DNA of 64,000 nt from IMGVR_UViG_3300031957_002643:62001-126000, one strand, 5' to 3'. Shown: positions 51,256-61,341, counted from the first letter of the stretch. The notes: generated by a model from the sequence alone, not told the origin. Program-made: numbers and translations.

Positions 51256-51932
51256 GTTTCAAATCCCAACTCATCCAAAACCTCTTTGATTTCGGATACT
51301 GTATCCTTGGCACGCTTGAACCGGGATTCCCAATACGTGATATCAAGAATGCTCGCCAGATAGTTGATGCTGTCATTCTTCATTCTGGAAAACAAAGCGT
51401 CTGCCGATGCCGTATTCAACAGAAGCCACGGTGACAGCCGCCCGGATTCGATCCAGCGAATAGCTTCTGGCACGCTGATCTCTTCGAAGAATTCTGCAAT
51501 CGGAATATTCTTTTTATCACAATAGTGAGCCATTAGTTCTAACGTCTTTACGGTTCGATCAAGACCCATTCCTCTAGTGTGTTCAATTTTCTTATATCGA
51601 TTGATCGTTGAATCCCATGTCCACTTCTTTGCGGGAATACGATTATCAGACAGCCACACCAAAAAGTCACGAGAGTCATGAACGAACATACTCGTAACCC
51701 GTTCGGTAAATTCGGCAAAAATACTGAAATACGGAGACTTCAGAAATTCTTCAAACCCCTTACCCTCATTCTTTTTCTTCATCCCATTATATCGGAACCA
51801 AAAATTGAAGAGATCATAGGCGATACGAAGTTTGAGATCACCAAGAATTTCGGCAATCTCCTTGTTTTTGCACATATGCTTGGCGAAGCCAGTATTGGTT
51901 TTGAATTCCTTGCCACAGTAATTGCATTTCAT
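51252..51932 (-). CDS. zinc-finger-containing hypothetical protein in the replication block
   Basis: CNYCGKEF...KHMC; GRLSPW. Confidence 0.7.
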   Translation of the reverse strand: MKCNYCGKEFKTNTGFAKHMCKNKEIAEILGDLKLRIAYDLFNFWFRYNGMKKKNEGKGFEEFLKSPYFSIFAEFTERVTSMFVHDSRDFLVWLSDNRIPAKKWTWDSTINRYKKIEHTRGMGLDRTVKTLELMAHYCDKKNIPIAEFFEEISVPEAIRWIESGRLSPWLLLNTASADALFSRMKNDSINYLASILDITYWESRFKRAKDTVSEIKEVLDELGFET

Positions 51933-52447
51933 CGTAGTTCCGAATACTTCTTGAATTCATCCAACAGGGGTTTCATTGATTTCTTATCCTCGTATAACCC
52001 AGACATAGTTGCAAGCTCCTGAATGTCATCAGGACTGCACTTATTGATAAAATCATCACAGTCTTCATAATCGAAATCTGGATAATAGGTTAACACGAGT
52101 GTATAAAGTCTTGATGTTCTTTTGTTTTCTGGCGGCTTTATGTAAACATGTCGTGTTTTCTGACCAATACCAGTGCTGGCCAGCGCCTTAGATTGCATCG
52201 CTTTGTGTTTCTGAAGATCGAAGAAACCAGAATTGATTTCATTCACGTTCAAAAGACATAGAAGATGTTCGATATCATTCTGTGCAGCAGACATCCATCT
52301 GAGTGCAGGATATCCAATGAAGGAATCATATTCCTTCAGTTTTTCATCTTTGTAACGATCACGGGTGTTCAACTTCTGTCTGTCGAATTCACCCATGATA
52401 TCAAATATATTCAAACGGTCATCAGCCATACCGTTACCATATGACAA
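51929..52447 (-). CDS. putative clamp-loader small subunit (T4 gp62-like)
   Basis: IFDIM...YPALRWMS...NEIN...HVYIK; replication context. Confidence 0.55.
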   Translation of the reverse strand: MSYGNGMADDRLNIFDIMGEFDRQKLNTRDRYKDEKLKEYDSFIGYPALRWMSAAQNDIEHLLCLLNVNEINSGFFDLQKHKAMQSKALASTGIGQKTRHVYIKPPENKRTSRLYTLVLTYYPDFDYEDCDDFINKCSPDDIQELATMSGLYEDKKSMKPLLDEFKKYSELR

Positions 52448-52448
52448 T

Positions 52449-52970
52449 CTACCAGAGAGTCGTCATATCAACGGTGTCTGGAACTCTACAACCCGGCTCG
52501 CCTGCCATGATGCATATTGGATAGTCGCGAAGATTACCATCCGCATCACGTTCAAAGCCAATAGGAATCACCAACAGGTTATCTTTTTCAAATACAGGAC
52601 ATGACCAAGATGCGGTTCTGTGAGAATCCAGAACTTTGATCTTGTGAATTGACGGCATGTATCCTGAGATCGGGTTCAAACAAAATGCATCCATTGATTT
52701 GCCAGATAGGCGCTTAATGGGAGCATATTCAACAATATCAGCATCACAAATCAAAATGTGCCATTTCAAAGGCAAAATGATTTCATATCCACCAATGTTC
52801 AATTCAGCAGCGGCATCATTGTACTCATTGATGCTGGTCAACTTCTTTGCCATATAATCTGGACTTTTAGGTCTAGAAAAATCTAGAGTCATATAATAAA
52901 GCTGTTTGGTTACTGTTTGACCAATATTGTCACTATCCAAAATAGTGTTCTCTTCAGTCAGAAACTTCAT
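52449..52970 (-). CDS. hypothetical protein
   Basis: 173-aa ORF overlapping the UvsW end. Confidence 0.7.
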   Translation of the reverse strand: MKFLTEENTILDSDNIGQTVTKQLYYMTLDFSRPKSPDYMAKKLTSINEYNDAAAELNIGGYEIILPLKWHILICDADIVEYAPIKRLSGKSMDAFCLNPISGYMPSIHKIKVLDSHRTASWSCPVFEKDNLLVIPIGFERDADGNLRDYPICIMAGEPGCRVPDTVDMTTLW

Positions 52971-54381
52971 ACTTAACTTTCTCCATGGAATATGGATACT
53001 TAGCCTCTTTGTAGTACTTTATTCTATTATTTTTCTGACGATTACTGTATTTGGTATTCGCACAAACATCATAAATGTAGGCAAAGTCTTTGTCAGAGGC
53101 ACGTCTTAGGGATCGACCAATACTTTGAATTACCTTAGTGAATGAGTTTCCAGCATCAATAATCACCAAGTTGAAAATCCGTGGAATGTCGATGCCGGTT
53201 GATGCAATTCCATAGGTACAAATGATAACCTGATTGTCTTCTTCATTCATTTTGGCATATTCAACATGGCGATCTTCTGATTTGACTTTATTCTTGCCAG
53301 AACCAGCCATGAACACAGAATCGGGTATCAGTCCTTCAAGTCTTTCACCATATTTCGTATATTTGACCAGAACCAGAGTATTGCCAGTCTCGGCAATATC
53401 GGTAATCATATCAGCAATGAATTTGGTTCTAGGTTCATTATTCAGAAGGACAGTTTCTTCCTTCTTGTAACTATTCTTTCCAAAGTCCGTAACTTCTTCA
53501 ACCGTTTGAATAATATTGATATGACATTCAGCCAGATAACCCTCTTGTTGTAGTTCCCATGCGGCCTTTTCGAATAGAACAGGACCAAGGGCGGCTCTCA
53601 ACTGATTCAATCCAAGGTCATCCTTTGGAAGCGTGCCAGTAAAGCCATATCGATGAGGGACTTCTTTCGCAGCTACAGTCAAGAGGTCAAACACTTCACG
53701 TGCTGTGTATTCATGGCATTCGTCCGCAATCACACAGTCACAGCCCTCAAGAATTTCTGGATAATTCATAAGGGACTGCCACGTAGAAATTGTCACATCT
53801 TCTACGATCTTCTCTTCTGAATAGAATTCACCGACATTCAAGCCGACTTTTCGAAATGACTTGGCTGTTTGCTGTACAAGGTCAATGGTGGGAACAATCA
53901 TGATAACCTTGCCATCACTAAACCGCTCTGCAATGGCAGCAGTGGTCAGTGTTTTACCAGCACCAGTTCCCATAACGAATATACCGCACGGGTTGTCCAC
54001 AATCTCGTTAACTGCATGAACTTGGTAATCGCGAATTTCTACAGGCTTACCATGGTCCCACAGGTAGTCAGCGAACAAATCCTTGTCGATAGGTTCGATA
54101 TCATGCGGTTCGGCATTTCTTTGATCAACGATTTCAAAGTCATAACCATAATTACCAATCAGATCAATAATATCATCATCGAGTAGATTGAGGTAGGTCC
54201 ATCCGTTTTTGAACAGATTAATATAGCCATCCCAGACGCCCAATTTGTACTTGGGCGAATGGAAGTATGACTTATGACGCCATCTAAGGCGTTCGTTTAA
54301 TTTCTTCTTGATCTGATCAGAAATGCCCGTGATTAGGACATTGACTTGATCAACTATCGTAATCTTGCAAGTTTTTGTCAA
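52954..54381 (-). CDS. uvsW: SF2 DNA helicase, UvsW-like
   Basis: RDYQ, TGAGKT, DECH, GFTGT, STGIDIP, QSIGRSLR. Confidence 0.92.
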   Translation of the reverse strand: MTKTCKITIVDQVNVLITGISDQIKKKLNERLRWRHKSYFHSPKYKLGVWDGYINLFKNGWTYLNLLDDDIIDLIGNYGYDFEIVDQRNAEPHDIEPIDKDLFADYLWDHGKPVEIRDYQVHAVNEIVDNPCGIFVMGTGAGKTLTTAAIAERFSDGKVIMIVPTIDLVQQTAKSFRKVGLNVGEFYSEEKIVEDVTISTWQSLMNYPEILEGCDCVIADECHEYTAREVFDLLTVAAKEVPHRYGFTGTLPKDDLGLNQLRAALGPVLFEKAAWELQQEGYLAECHINIIQTVEEVTDFGKNSYKKEETVLLNNEPRTKFIADMITDIAETGNTLVLVKYTKYGERLEGLIPDSVFMAGSGKNKVKSEDRHVEYAKMNEEDNQVIICTYGIASTGIDIPRIFNLVIIDAGNSFTKVIQSIGRSLRRASDKDFAYIYDVCANTKYSNRQKNNRIKYYKEAKYPYSMEKVKYEVSD

Positions 54382-54838
54382 AACCTTTTAACCACACATA
54401 TCCTTCGGTGCACGGTGATAGAAAAACACGATTGGGTTCTTCGGTCGCAGGTTCATAAAGAGCCATACGGATCAACCACTGCAAATTATTCAATACATTC
54501 ATATGATCCAGATTGGCGATATCAATTGACACCGCTTCTTCATCGGTCATGCTTGTAATGTTATTATAGGTCGCGTTGCATACTTTCGTTCTGAAAATAG
54601 AAAGTTCACAAGGAGCATGATCGTATTGTAGATCAATCATATGATCCCAATGATCGATTACGATCCCAAATTCTTCTTCAGTTTCGCGAATGATGGCTTG
54701 AAGAGGAGTTTCCCCCTCTTCAATTTTACCACCCACGCCGTTCAATAAGCCTTTTTGCCATTCCGGTCTGTTCTTGCGGATCATTGCAATCTTGGACAGG
54801 TCTTCATGGAATACGAGACCAACGACATACTTCATCAT
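54350..54838 (-). CDS. NUDIX hydrolase
   Basis: GGKIEEGETPLQAIIRETEEEFG. Confidence 0.92.
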   Translation of the reverse strand: MMKYVVGLVFHEDLSKIAMIRKNRPEWQKGLLNGVGGKIEEGETPLQAIIRETEEEFGIVIDHWDHMIDLQYDHAPCELSIFRTKVCNATYNNITSMTDEEAVSIDIANLDHMNVLNNLQWLIRMALYEPATEEPNRVFLSPCTEGYVWLKGFDKNLQDYDS

Positions 54839-55314
54839 ATTTCAGCATCCATGTTTTCGTGTTCAATCAGCTTGTTGAGTTGTGCAATGCTATATCCACG
54901 TTGCGCCCAAGCATCTGTAATGGCTTCATACAGCTTGTCGATATATTGCATCTCTTCAAGATTGCTCTTCATTGCAATGACACGAGGATCACTTGCAGCA
55001 ATCTTTGCACGCTCGTGAACACCCGGAACGGTATTTGTAGGCGGGTTGTCCAAGATTTCTCTTAGAACAACCGCTTCCGTTTCAGCGACACGATTTTTGA
55101 AATACGCAACCAAGCCTTCGATATCTTTTGCGTTCATCAGATACCGCGACAGGTAATACGCATGATTTTTGGTAATTTGTGACAGATTGCCGTCCAAGAC
55201 CAAATCCTTATGAGCCGATTCTATTTCATCATTGAAATAATCCAATGCCTTATCGAAAAGCTTCTCATCTTTTTTGACCTTATCCCGCCATCTTGGAATT
55301 GGATCATACTTCAT
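54835..55314 (-). CDS. uvsY: UvsY-like recombination mediator
   Basis: Helical 159-aa protein between UvsX and UvsW, ending AWAQRGYSI. Confidence 0.6.
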   Translation of the reverse strand: MKYDPIPRWRDKVKKDEKLFDKALDYFNDEIESAHKDLVLDGNLSQITKNHAYYLSRYLMNAKDIEGLVAYFKNRVAETEAVVLREILDNPPTNTVPGVHERAKIAASDPRVIAMKSNLEEMQYIDKLYEAITDAWAQRGYSIAQLNKLIEHENMDAEI

Positions 55315-55315
55315 A

Positions 55316-55588
55316 TTACATCAACCATCTAACATTCATTAAATCCATAATATGGCCCGGCTCATTGCTTTTAAATTGCCCATTTACCATATAGTGCCAA
55401 TTATGAATTTTTCCGTTCTTATTATGAACCGCCACATACATTGGCGTAGCATACGGTCCCTCAAATTTTTTATGATGGATTTCTAGCAATTCAGCCTTTC
55501 TTCCATCTCTCGTAATCAATCCTGAAGTCCAATCTATCATAAGATCATACTTCATCAGATACAACTTCCTCAATTTCTTGCGCCGCAT
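55316..55588 (-). CDS. hypothetical protein
   Basis: LITRDGRKA...NGQF...DL; start possibly 55555. Confidence 0.5.
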   Translation of the reverse strand: MRRKKLRKLYLMKYDLMIDWTSGLITRDGRKAELLEIHHKKFEGPYATPMYVAVHNKNGKIHNWHYMVNGQFKSNEPGHIMDLMNVRWLM

Positions 55589-56660
55589 CTTCAGACATAG
55601 TGGTTTTATCCACGGCCTTCATGATGGACATTGCAAGGTCTTTGAATTGCTTCTTTGTGAAACTGTCTGGGAAATCAGAAGGAACAGTAACACCCTCGGG
55701 CCAGTCAACAGTATATCGACCGAGACCTTTCGCAGTTACAACGAGTCCATCCTCTCTCATGTATTCGAACAATCCACTGAATGGATCAAGACCATTCGGA
55801 TACACCATTTGAACTTCAACTTCCTCGTTCGGCTTAGCAAATCGAGTTTTGTAAAGCTTTACCTTGGCGCGATTACCGACATTCTTTTTGTCATCGCCTT
55901 CAAAATCAGCATTGAATTCCTTCACATGTTCAGCCTTCAATTTATGCTTGGTGAACAGGAATGCGAGAGATGCTAGATAAACAAGACCGCGACCACCAAG
56001 GAATTTCTCATCAGGATCATATTTGTCCTGTGATTCCATAGTGTGAACGACACCTGCAACAATGATTGGGCTTCTGGCAATAAGGTGACCGGCACCCTTG
56101 ATGACGTTTTTGATTTGCTTAGCCGCCTGACCTTGGTCACCAACCATTTTACCAGTTGTTGCTTCCTTGTATTCCTTCTCGGTCATGAGATCAGACCAAG
56201 AGTCAACAACAATCATGATCTTGTTTTTGTCTTCGTATTCGCCTTCTTCGGCCTTTGATTCGGCAACAACTTCCGCGATGATCTTTTTCACATCTTCCAT
56301 GGTTGCCGCGTGCATCGGTGAGAACATGTCTTCTGAGATATCAACCCCAAGAGCTTCCATCCATTCATAGGTGGACGCTTCTTCGACATCGATCCAAATG
56401 ATGTGAGTTCCATACTCTTTTTGGGCTTCTGCCGCCGATGTCGCCAGAACCAAGGATTTACCAGAACCGGACTCACCACCAATGAGCACGGATCGACCAA
56501 ACATAAATGCGTTAAAATAACTACCCGACAACAACTTGTTCATTGCATAGTTGCCACAAGATACCCATTCGAGATTACCACCCAAACCCATGTGAATAGT
56601 AGGTGATCCGAATTTTTCAATGTTCTTTTTGAACTTCTTACCAAATGGTTTTTTAGCCAT
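55545..56660 (-). CDS. uvsX: RecA-like recombinase UvsX
   Basis: GESGSGKS, WIDVE, IVVDS, GGRGLVY, KTRFAKP. Confidence 0.92.
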   Translation of the reverse strand: MAKKPFGKKFKKNIEKFGSPTIHMGLGGNLEWVSCGNYAMNKLLSGSYFNAFMFGRSVLIGGESGSGKSLVLATSAAEAQKEYGTHIIWIDVEEASTYEWMEALGVDISEDMFSPMHAATMEDVKKIIAEVVAESKAEEGEYEDKNKIMIVVDSWSDLMTEKEYKEATTGKMVGDQGQAAKQIKNVIKGAGHLIARSPIIVAGVVHTMESQDKYDPDEKFLGGRGLVYLASLAFLFTKHKLKAEHVKEFNADFEGDDKKNVGNRAKVKLYKTRFAKPNEEVEVQMVYPNGLDPFSGLFEYMREDGLVVTAKGLGRYTVDWPEGVTVPSDFPDSFTKKQFKDLAMSIMKAVDKTTMSEDAAQEIEEVVSDEV

Positions 56661-56689
56661 AATATACCTCTGATGAATATGATAAGTGC

Positions 56690-56727
56690 ATTACGGGAGA
56701 GACCAATAAGCCTCTCCCGTAATTTTT
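56690..56727. terminator. hairpin between the gp32-like and uvsX genes
   Basis: ATTACGGGAGAG...CTCTCCCGTAAT. Confidence 0.55.
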
Positions 56728-56729
56728 GA

Positions 56730-57725
56730 TTAGCCTTTGGCGGCTCTTTTTGCCTTCAGCTTGGCAATGACATCTTGTGCAGAGGTCTTTGTAGCTGGTG
56801 CATCATCGTCAGATGAACTATCAGAAGAAGTAGTTTCCTCTTCCATTTCATCCACCATCGGAGCTTGCTTCTTACGGCTAGTGCCACCGCTACGGGTTGC
56901 ACCTTCTTCGGTCGGCTTCTTGGAACCGAATGGTTTCCAATACTCTTCCCAATCCTTATTCCAAGGCTCACCATTGACATGTGCTTCAACCATTTCCGGC
57001 AGAAGTGCATATGCTTCATCGCTTGGTAGGTTAGGAAGAAGGGACTTCAGGTCAAATGGACCATACTGTTCAAGTGCAGCCAATTCATCATCCGTCAACG
57101 GTGTCGGACGCATGGAGAAACCAGACTGATCATACGAATTGTATTCACCGTCTTTGGTTTTCTTGACCAAGAAGTTCAATCCGTTTTCCAAATCAATCGG
57201 ATTGGAAGGAAGCATCAATTCTTCGTCTTCTTCCAACAATGAGGTAAGAACCTTCTTGTGGAGGGTCTTCGAAAGATCGAATACACGGATTGGATTTTCA
57301 GGAACCTCTTCTTCTTCGAGGTTAGATTTACGGACAAATCCCTGATAGAGATAGCTTCTCTTCACCCAAAGAGCGCTGGCCTTTTTCTTTTCTTCACCGC
57401 CCGCATTATACATGCTGGATAGAGTTTGAAGAACCGGGTCAGTCTTCTCCTCATACATGTTGCGGCACGGAATCTTGATACGGACACTTTCGCCCGGTTC
57501 GTCTGGGCTGGCAAAAGTCCAATCATAGATAGCCTTTTCGCGCCAAAAGTCGAAATTGCTTTCGTCTTTATCAGCGATGAAGCGGAGTGTGGCGGTTTCG
57601 CCAACATTGATATGGAAGAAGGGGTAATATCTGAGATCAAACCCACCGGAGGATTGATTGCTTCCGCCTTGAGTATTCATTTTCTCCTTGAGGCGGGCAC
57701 GGAGTTCTTCTAAGCTTGCAGTCAT
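56730..57725 (-). CDS. single-stranded DNA-binding protein (T4 gp32-like)
   Basis: TLRFIAD, LWVKRSYLYQGFV, PIDLENGLNFLVKK...YNSYDQS; acidic tail. Confidence 0.88.
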   Translation of the reverse strand: MTASLEELRARLKEKMNTQGGSNQSSGGFDLRYYPFFHINVGETATLRFIADKDESNFDFWREKAIYDWTFASPDEPGESVRIKIPCRNMYEEKTDPVLQTLSSMYNAGGEEKKKASALWVKRSYLYQGFVRKSNLEEEEVPENPIRVFDLSKTLHKKVLTSLLEEDEELMLPSNPIDLENGLNFLVKKTKDGEYNSYDQSGFSMRPTPLTDDELAALEQYGPFDLKSLLPNLPSDEAYALLPEMVEAHVNGEPWNKDWEEYWKPFGSKKPTEEGATRSGGTSRKKQAPMVDEMEEETTSSDSSSDDDAPATKTSAQDVIAKLKAKRAAKG

Positions 57726-57841
57726 TTCGCAAATTCCTTTTCAAATTATAACTTCACAAGTGTTCTTCACAAGAACGCGAGACCGCAAGATCGGCCTCAC
57801 AAATATATTTATGACAATCCGCGAAAGTTTATACACCAATC

Positions 57842-59602
57842 TCAGGTAAGAATTGGCATTGGTGCTTCTTCGTAATCATCTTCGTCGTAATACTCTTCTT
57901 CGGTGACATTCATGATGCTGAACTGAATAGCATCATCAATATCTTCTTCATAGTATTTGAGTTCTTCTAATAGATGGCACATCAATACACAGGCCATAAC
58001 TCGGTCATCTTTTTGGCCCGGCTTGGCCTCATATCCCTTACCTCGCTTGACGAAATTTTTGAGTTCAGTGATCAACCCACGTGATCTTGGAATGAAAACA
58101 TTGCGCTCAATATATGCTTTCAGCCTAATAGCATAATCTCGTTTGGACGGATTAGTTGTTCGTATACCTCTAGACTTGTTGCCATCACTATCAACAAGAT
58201 AACCCGGAATGTTTTCTTCGCCCTCATAAATCAAGATGTTCAAAACACCTTGCCCGACGCCATTACATTCAACAGAATAATAGATAAGACTTTCACCAAT
58301 ATGATCTGGTAGAGCCTGTTGTTCATCATCGATAAACTTTAGAATCCTGACAAGCTGTTTTGCTTGTTCAACCATATCAACTTCATTAGCAGCCCATTCG
58401 GCAACTTGAATCATGTCTGGTAATGAAAATACCTGAATACATGCATTATCGCCGCCCACACCTTCAGCCGGATCAAGGATCACGCCATAAATCGTATTAG
58501 ATTGAATTCTCTCGTACCAGATAGTTTTGTGTCTATCGACATAAACTGGTTTCTTTGCATATGCATTTAACGAGAGAAGCTTTCCTGCATCGATCAGAGT
58601 TTCGTCACCAGAGACAAAACGGCATTCAAATTCTCGGTACCATTCGTCCATGGTAGTACCTTCAGCCAATGTTTTCCTTTTGAAATCATCATTACGATCT
58701 GGATGTTCCTTCCAATGCACAAAGAATCGACGGAAACCAGCTTCTACCCCACCATCGTCTTTGTGTTCGGACTCTGCATATCCAAGACGACTCATTTCTA
58801 ATTGGTAATCATTCTTGGCTTGTTCATTTTCGAATAAGGTTTCGTAATTTCCCTTTTTGGAAGCTAATGCTCTTGGATCGATCCCCATTTCATCCAGAAG
58901 ATCATCTTTCCATGCAAATGAGTTTGCGGCATCTTCAGCTTTGAACCAGATAGATGCAAATTTGTCTTCGTCTGTGTTCGGCGTTGATGTGATAATCATT
59001 TGTCCACCGACAGCAGCAAGTGCTGGTGAAACTGAAGTCCACATTTCTTTTTGAATGTTTGGTTCGACGTATGCAAACTCATCGAGATATAGAATATGAA
59101 TGGATTTACCACGACCAGTACTCTTGGTCGTGTTTTCAGCAATAATACGAGTGCCGTTATCAAATTTGATTTCGTGAACGTTATTGACTGCCAAGCCCGG
59201 TTTCATGAACCATGGACATTCAAAATACATCTCTTTAATTTTTTCCATGATCTCTTTTGCCATGTCGCCCTTGTTGGCAGCAATGACAATATTGATCTTT
59301 GGTTGGAAACAAGCCTTCCAAAACAAATATGCCGTGGACGAGGTGGTCTTGCCGGTCTGTCTGGGGAGCATACAAATAACTCTTTTAGAAGAATTATAAT
59401 TATCAAGGAGTCTTTTCTGGAAGTCGAAAGTTTTAAACTTGCCCGGCCCCTTGATCCCTACAATATTGACATAATTTTCAATAAAGTAGTGCATGTCTTT
59501 ACTGCACCGGACTAACTCCATCAACTGATGTGGTGTATAATCTTGTTTATAACCGGCTGGCTTAATTTTGCCGCCATCTTCTTCTGGAATAAATCTTCCC
59601 AT
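57842..59602 (-). CDS. terminase large subunit (T4 gp17-like)
   Basis: PRQTGKT, LYLDEFA, ITSTPN, LDPAEGVGGD, KDDRVM. Confidence 0.95.
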   Translation of the reverse strand: MGRFIPEEDGGKIKPAGYKQDYTPHQLMELVRCSKDMHYFIENYVNIVGIKGPGKFKTFDFQKRLLDNYNSSKRVICMLPRQTGKTTSSTAYLFWKACFQPKINIVIAANKGDMAKEIMEKIKEMYFECPWFMKPGLAVNNVHEIKFDNGTRIIAENTTKSTGRGKSIHILYLDEFAYVEPNIQKEMWTSVSPALAAVGGQMIITSTPNTDEDKFASIWFKAEDAANSFAWKDDLLDEMGIDPRALASKKGNYETLFENEQAKNDYQLEMSRLGYAESEHKDDGGVEAGFRRFFVHWKEHPDRNDDFKRKTLAEGTTMDEWYREFECRFVSGDETLIDAGKLLSLNAYAKKPVYVDRHKTIWYERIQSNTIYGVILDPAEGVGGDNACIQVFSLPDMIQVAEWAANEVDMVEQAKQLVRILKFIDDEQQALPDHIGESLIYYSVECNGVGQGVLNILIYEGEENIPGYLVDSDGNKSRGIRTTNPSKRDYAIRLKAYIERNVFIPRSRGLITELKNFVKRGKGYEAKPGQKDDRVMACVLMCHLLEELKYYEEDIDDAIQFSIMNVTEEEYYDEDDYEEAPMPILT

Positions 59603-59651
59603 TATATTCTACTCACGTATATTACATGAGTATTTACAGTGCTATAGTTAA

Positions 59652-59746
59652 AAATACGCGAAGGGGGCAAGCCATTAAAGGGGAGAGAACGGCTTGCCCC
59701 CTTCTTTTGTCAGAGCGTTCTTAGGGGAGGAACAACACGCTCTGAC
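59652..59746 (-). ncRNA. twin-hairpin anti-SD (cuckoo-like) RNA or terminator
   Basis: 10-bp and 14-bp stems with loops containing TTCCTCCCC and TTCTCTCCCC, followed by TATTTTT. Confidence 0.55.
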
Positions 59747-60177
59747 TATCCTGAGATGTAATCGAAACGGTAAATTGGGTACCCGCTTGACATATTACAG
59801 TATTCAATCATGCGGATCAGTTTGATGCTGTCATCATCGAAATAGATACGCAAAAACTTTTCAAGAGTTTCCGGTGACTCGCGTTCCAGTCCCATTTGTT
59901 TCCGGGGCGGATTGAACCCAGCGGCTTCAGCACTGTCACCATATTTATCATAGTCCCATTGCATCATGCGGTCATGATATGTGGTGGTTTGTCCTTTTGG
60001 ATCACCTTCTGCCTGATACCGGAGAATTGGAGAATACGAATATGGACACTCGTTTCGTAGACGAATTTCTCCCGCTTTGTCCGCATTCTTCGGCGTAATC
60101 GGTGCATCTAGCAAATCCGACCAATAGATATTACCATCAAACATAGCGATTAATCCAGACGGCTCGAATACCGACAT
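59746..60177 (-). CDS. hypothetical protein
   Basis: 143-aa ORF; start possibly MFDGNI. Confidence 0.65.
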   Translation of the reverse strand: MSVFEPSGLIAMFDGNIYWSDLLDAPITPKNADKAGEIRLRNECPYSYSPILRYQAEGDPKGQTTTYHDRMMQWDYDKYGDSAEAAGFNPPRKQMGLERESPETLEKFLRIYFDDDSIKLIRMIEYCNMSSGYPIYRFDYISG

Positions 60178-60575
60178 TCGATATTCATATCAGATTCCTT
60201 GATCACCTTCACGAAGGCGCGACAATACGCTTCCTTGATGTGAACAGACTGAACATTGGCGGCATGACCATGTGGGTTCATATACCACCCCGGCTCGCCG
60301 TACCAGTTGGCACCATACGGAGCATATCCGCTGCGATTGGTGACACCTTCAGCTTCGTTCAAGCGCTTGAAAGAATTGAACAGAGCGCGCTGGCCCGGAT
60401 TGAACTTAACTTCGGCATAGCCGCAAGCCGAATTGTCATCGCCAGCAGCTAGAGCAGCCTGATTGCCAGCTTCGCGTGCAGCAGCGATCAGCGCTTTGAC
60501 CTTGCCGTCGAAGGCCAGCATTTTCGGGTTGTAGGTACGACCCTTAGCAGCTTCACCAGAAATAAAAGTCGGCAT
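60150..60575 (-). CDS. early hypothetical protein
   Basis: MPTFISG after AGGGAGAG; ACGYAEV...QSVHIKEAYCRAF...SRLD. Confidence 0.7.
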   Translation of the reverse strand: MPTFISGEAAKGRTYNPKMLAFDGKVKALIAAAREAGNQAALAAGDDNSACGYAEVKFNPGQRALFNSFKRLNEAEGVTNRSGYAPYGANWYGEPGWYMNPHGHAANVQSVHIKEAYCRAFVKVIKESDMNIECRYSSRLD

Positions 60576-60599
60576 TTGTTCTCTCCCTAAGTTGACTTC

Positions 60600-60628
60600 A
60601 ATATATACGCTCTTTACTTCCGTGTCAA
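60600..60628 (-). promoter_or_regulatory. sigma70-type early promoter
   Basis: TTGACA-17nt-TATATT. Confidence 0.75.
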
Positions 60629-60883
60629 CTTCTTTTCGAACCAAGCGCCTGAAAAAGTTCGGCCAGTGCTGCCATCATTCATCAGACTCGGAGCATCAAT
60701 GGTCACCCATTGGTGATGGCCGACACCGCCTTCTTGGGTCATCGGATTGTATTCGATAAGCTCTTCTGGTACGTCCTCGACTTCGAGCACCGTGAAAGAT
60801 TGTCCATGAAGATGAAACTCATAATGATCAGTTTCGTCTTTTTCGGGAAATGTCACAACATCCCCAACAGCATGAGTTTTCAT
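60614..60883 (-). CDS. hypothetical protein
   Basis: MKTHAVGDVV after GGAG. Confidence 0.65.
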   Translation of the reverse strand: MKTHAVGDVVTFPEKDETDHYEFHLHGQSFTVLEVEDVPEELIEYNPMTQEGGVGHHQWVTIDAPSLMNDGSTGRTFSGAWFEKKLTRK

Positions 60884-60885
60884 GG

Positions 60886-61341
60886 TTATCTCCGTTCCTG
60901 TTTGGTGCCATCGGTTTGATCGTTGTGAACATACCATTGACAGTCTGGTGTGTTTATCGCAGTGTAGTACTGGTCGAGCCACATGACTTCAGTTTTCAGC
61001 CAATCGACGGCAAAAACTTCTTTCATATTTTCCCAGACTTCATCGAACCACACTGGCAAATTTTGCTTGAGGAAGTCACAAAAATGTGAATCCTTGATCA
61101 GTTCAATCTGCTCGCTTCCCCAATTGTGAATATGGCGTTCACCATATCTCGTGATGTCCACGAGCATTTCATATTCCTGCATCAGTGCTTCTGCGTCATC
61201 TTCACTGATAGGACCATCATATGAATCGGCAAGCAGCGCTTCAACATCATCAATGGTAGGGTAATTATCACACAGTTCTTGCAGCCGCGAAACAGCCTCC
61301 GCAGATGTGATGATCTTTTTGTTCAAAAGAGATTTCATCAT
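60886..61341 (-). CDS. hypothetical protein
   Basis: MMKSLL after AGGAG. Confidence 0.65.
   Translation of the reverse strand: MMKSLLNKKIITSAEAVSRLQELCDNYPTIDDVEALLADSYDGPISEDDAEALMQEYEMLVDITRYGERHIHNWGSEQIELIKDSHFCDFLKQNLPVWFDEVWENMKEVFAVDWLKTEVMWLDQYYTAINTPDCQWYVHNDQTDGTKQERR

Noticed and set aside
58740-58945. Possible intein in the terminase (insertion after TPN)
   Set aside because: Only about 60 aa, with no N-terminal Cys/Ser block or His-Asn end; treated as a loop insertion.
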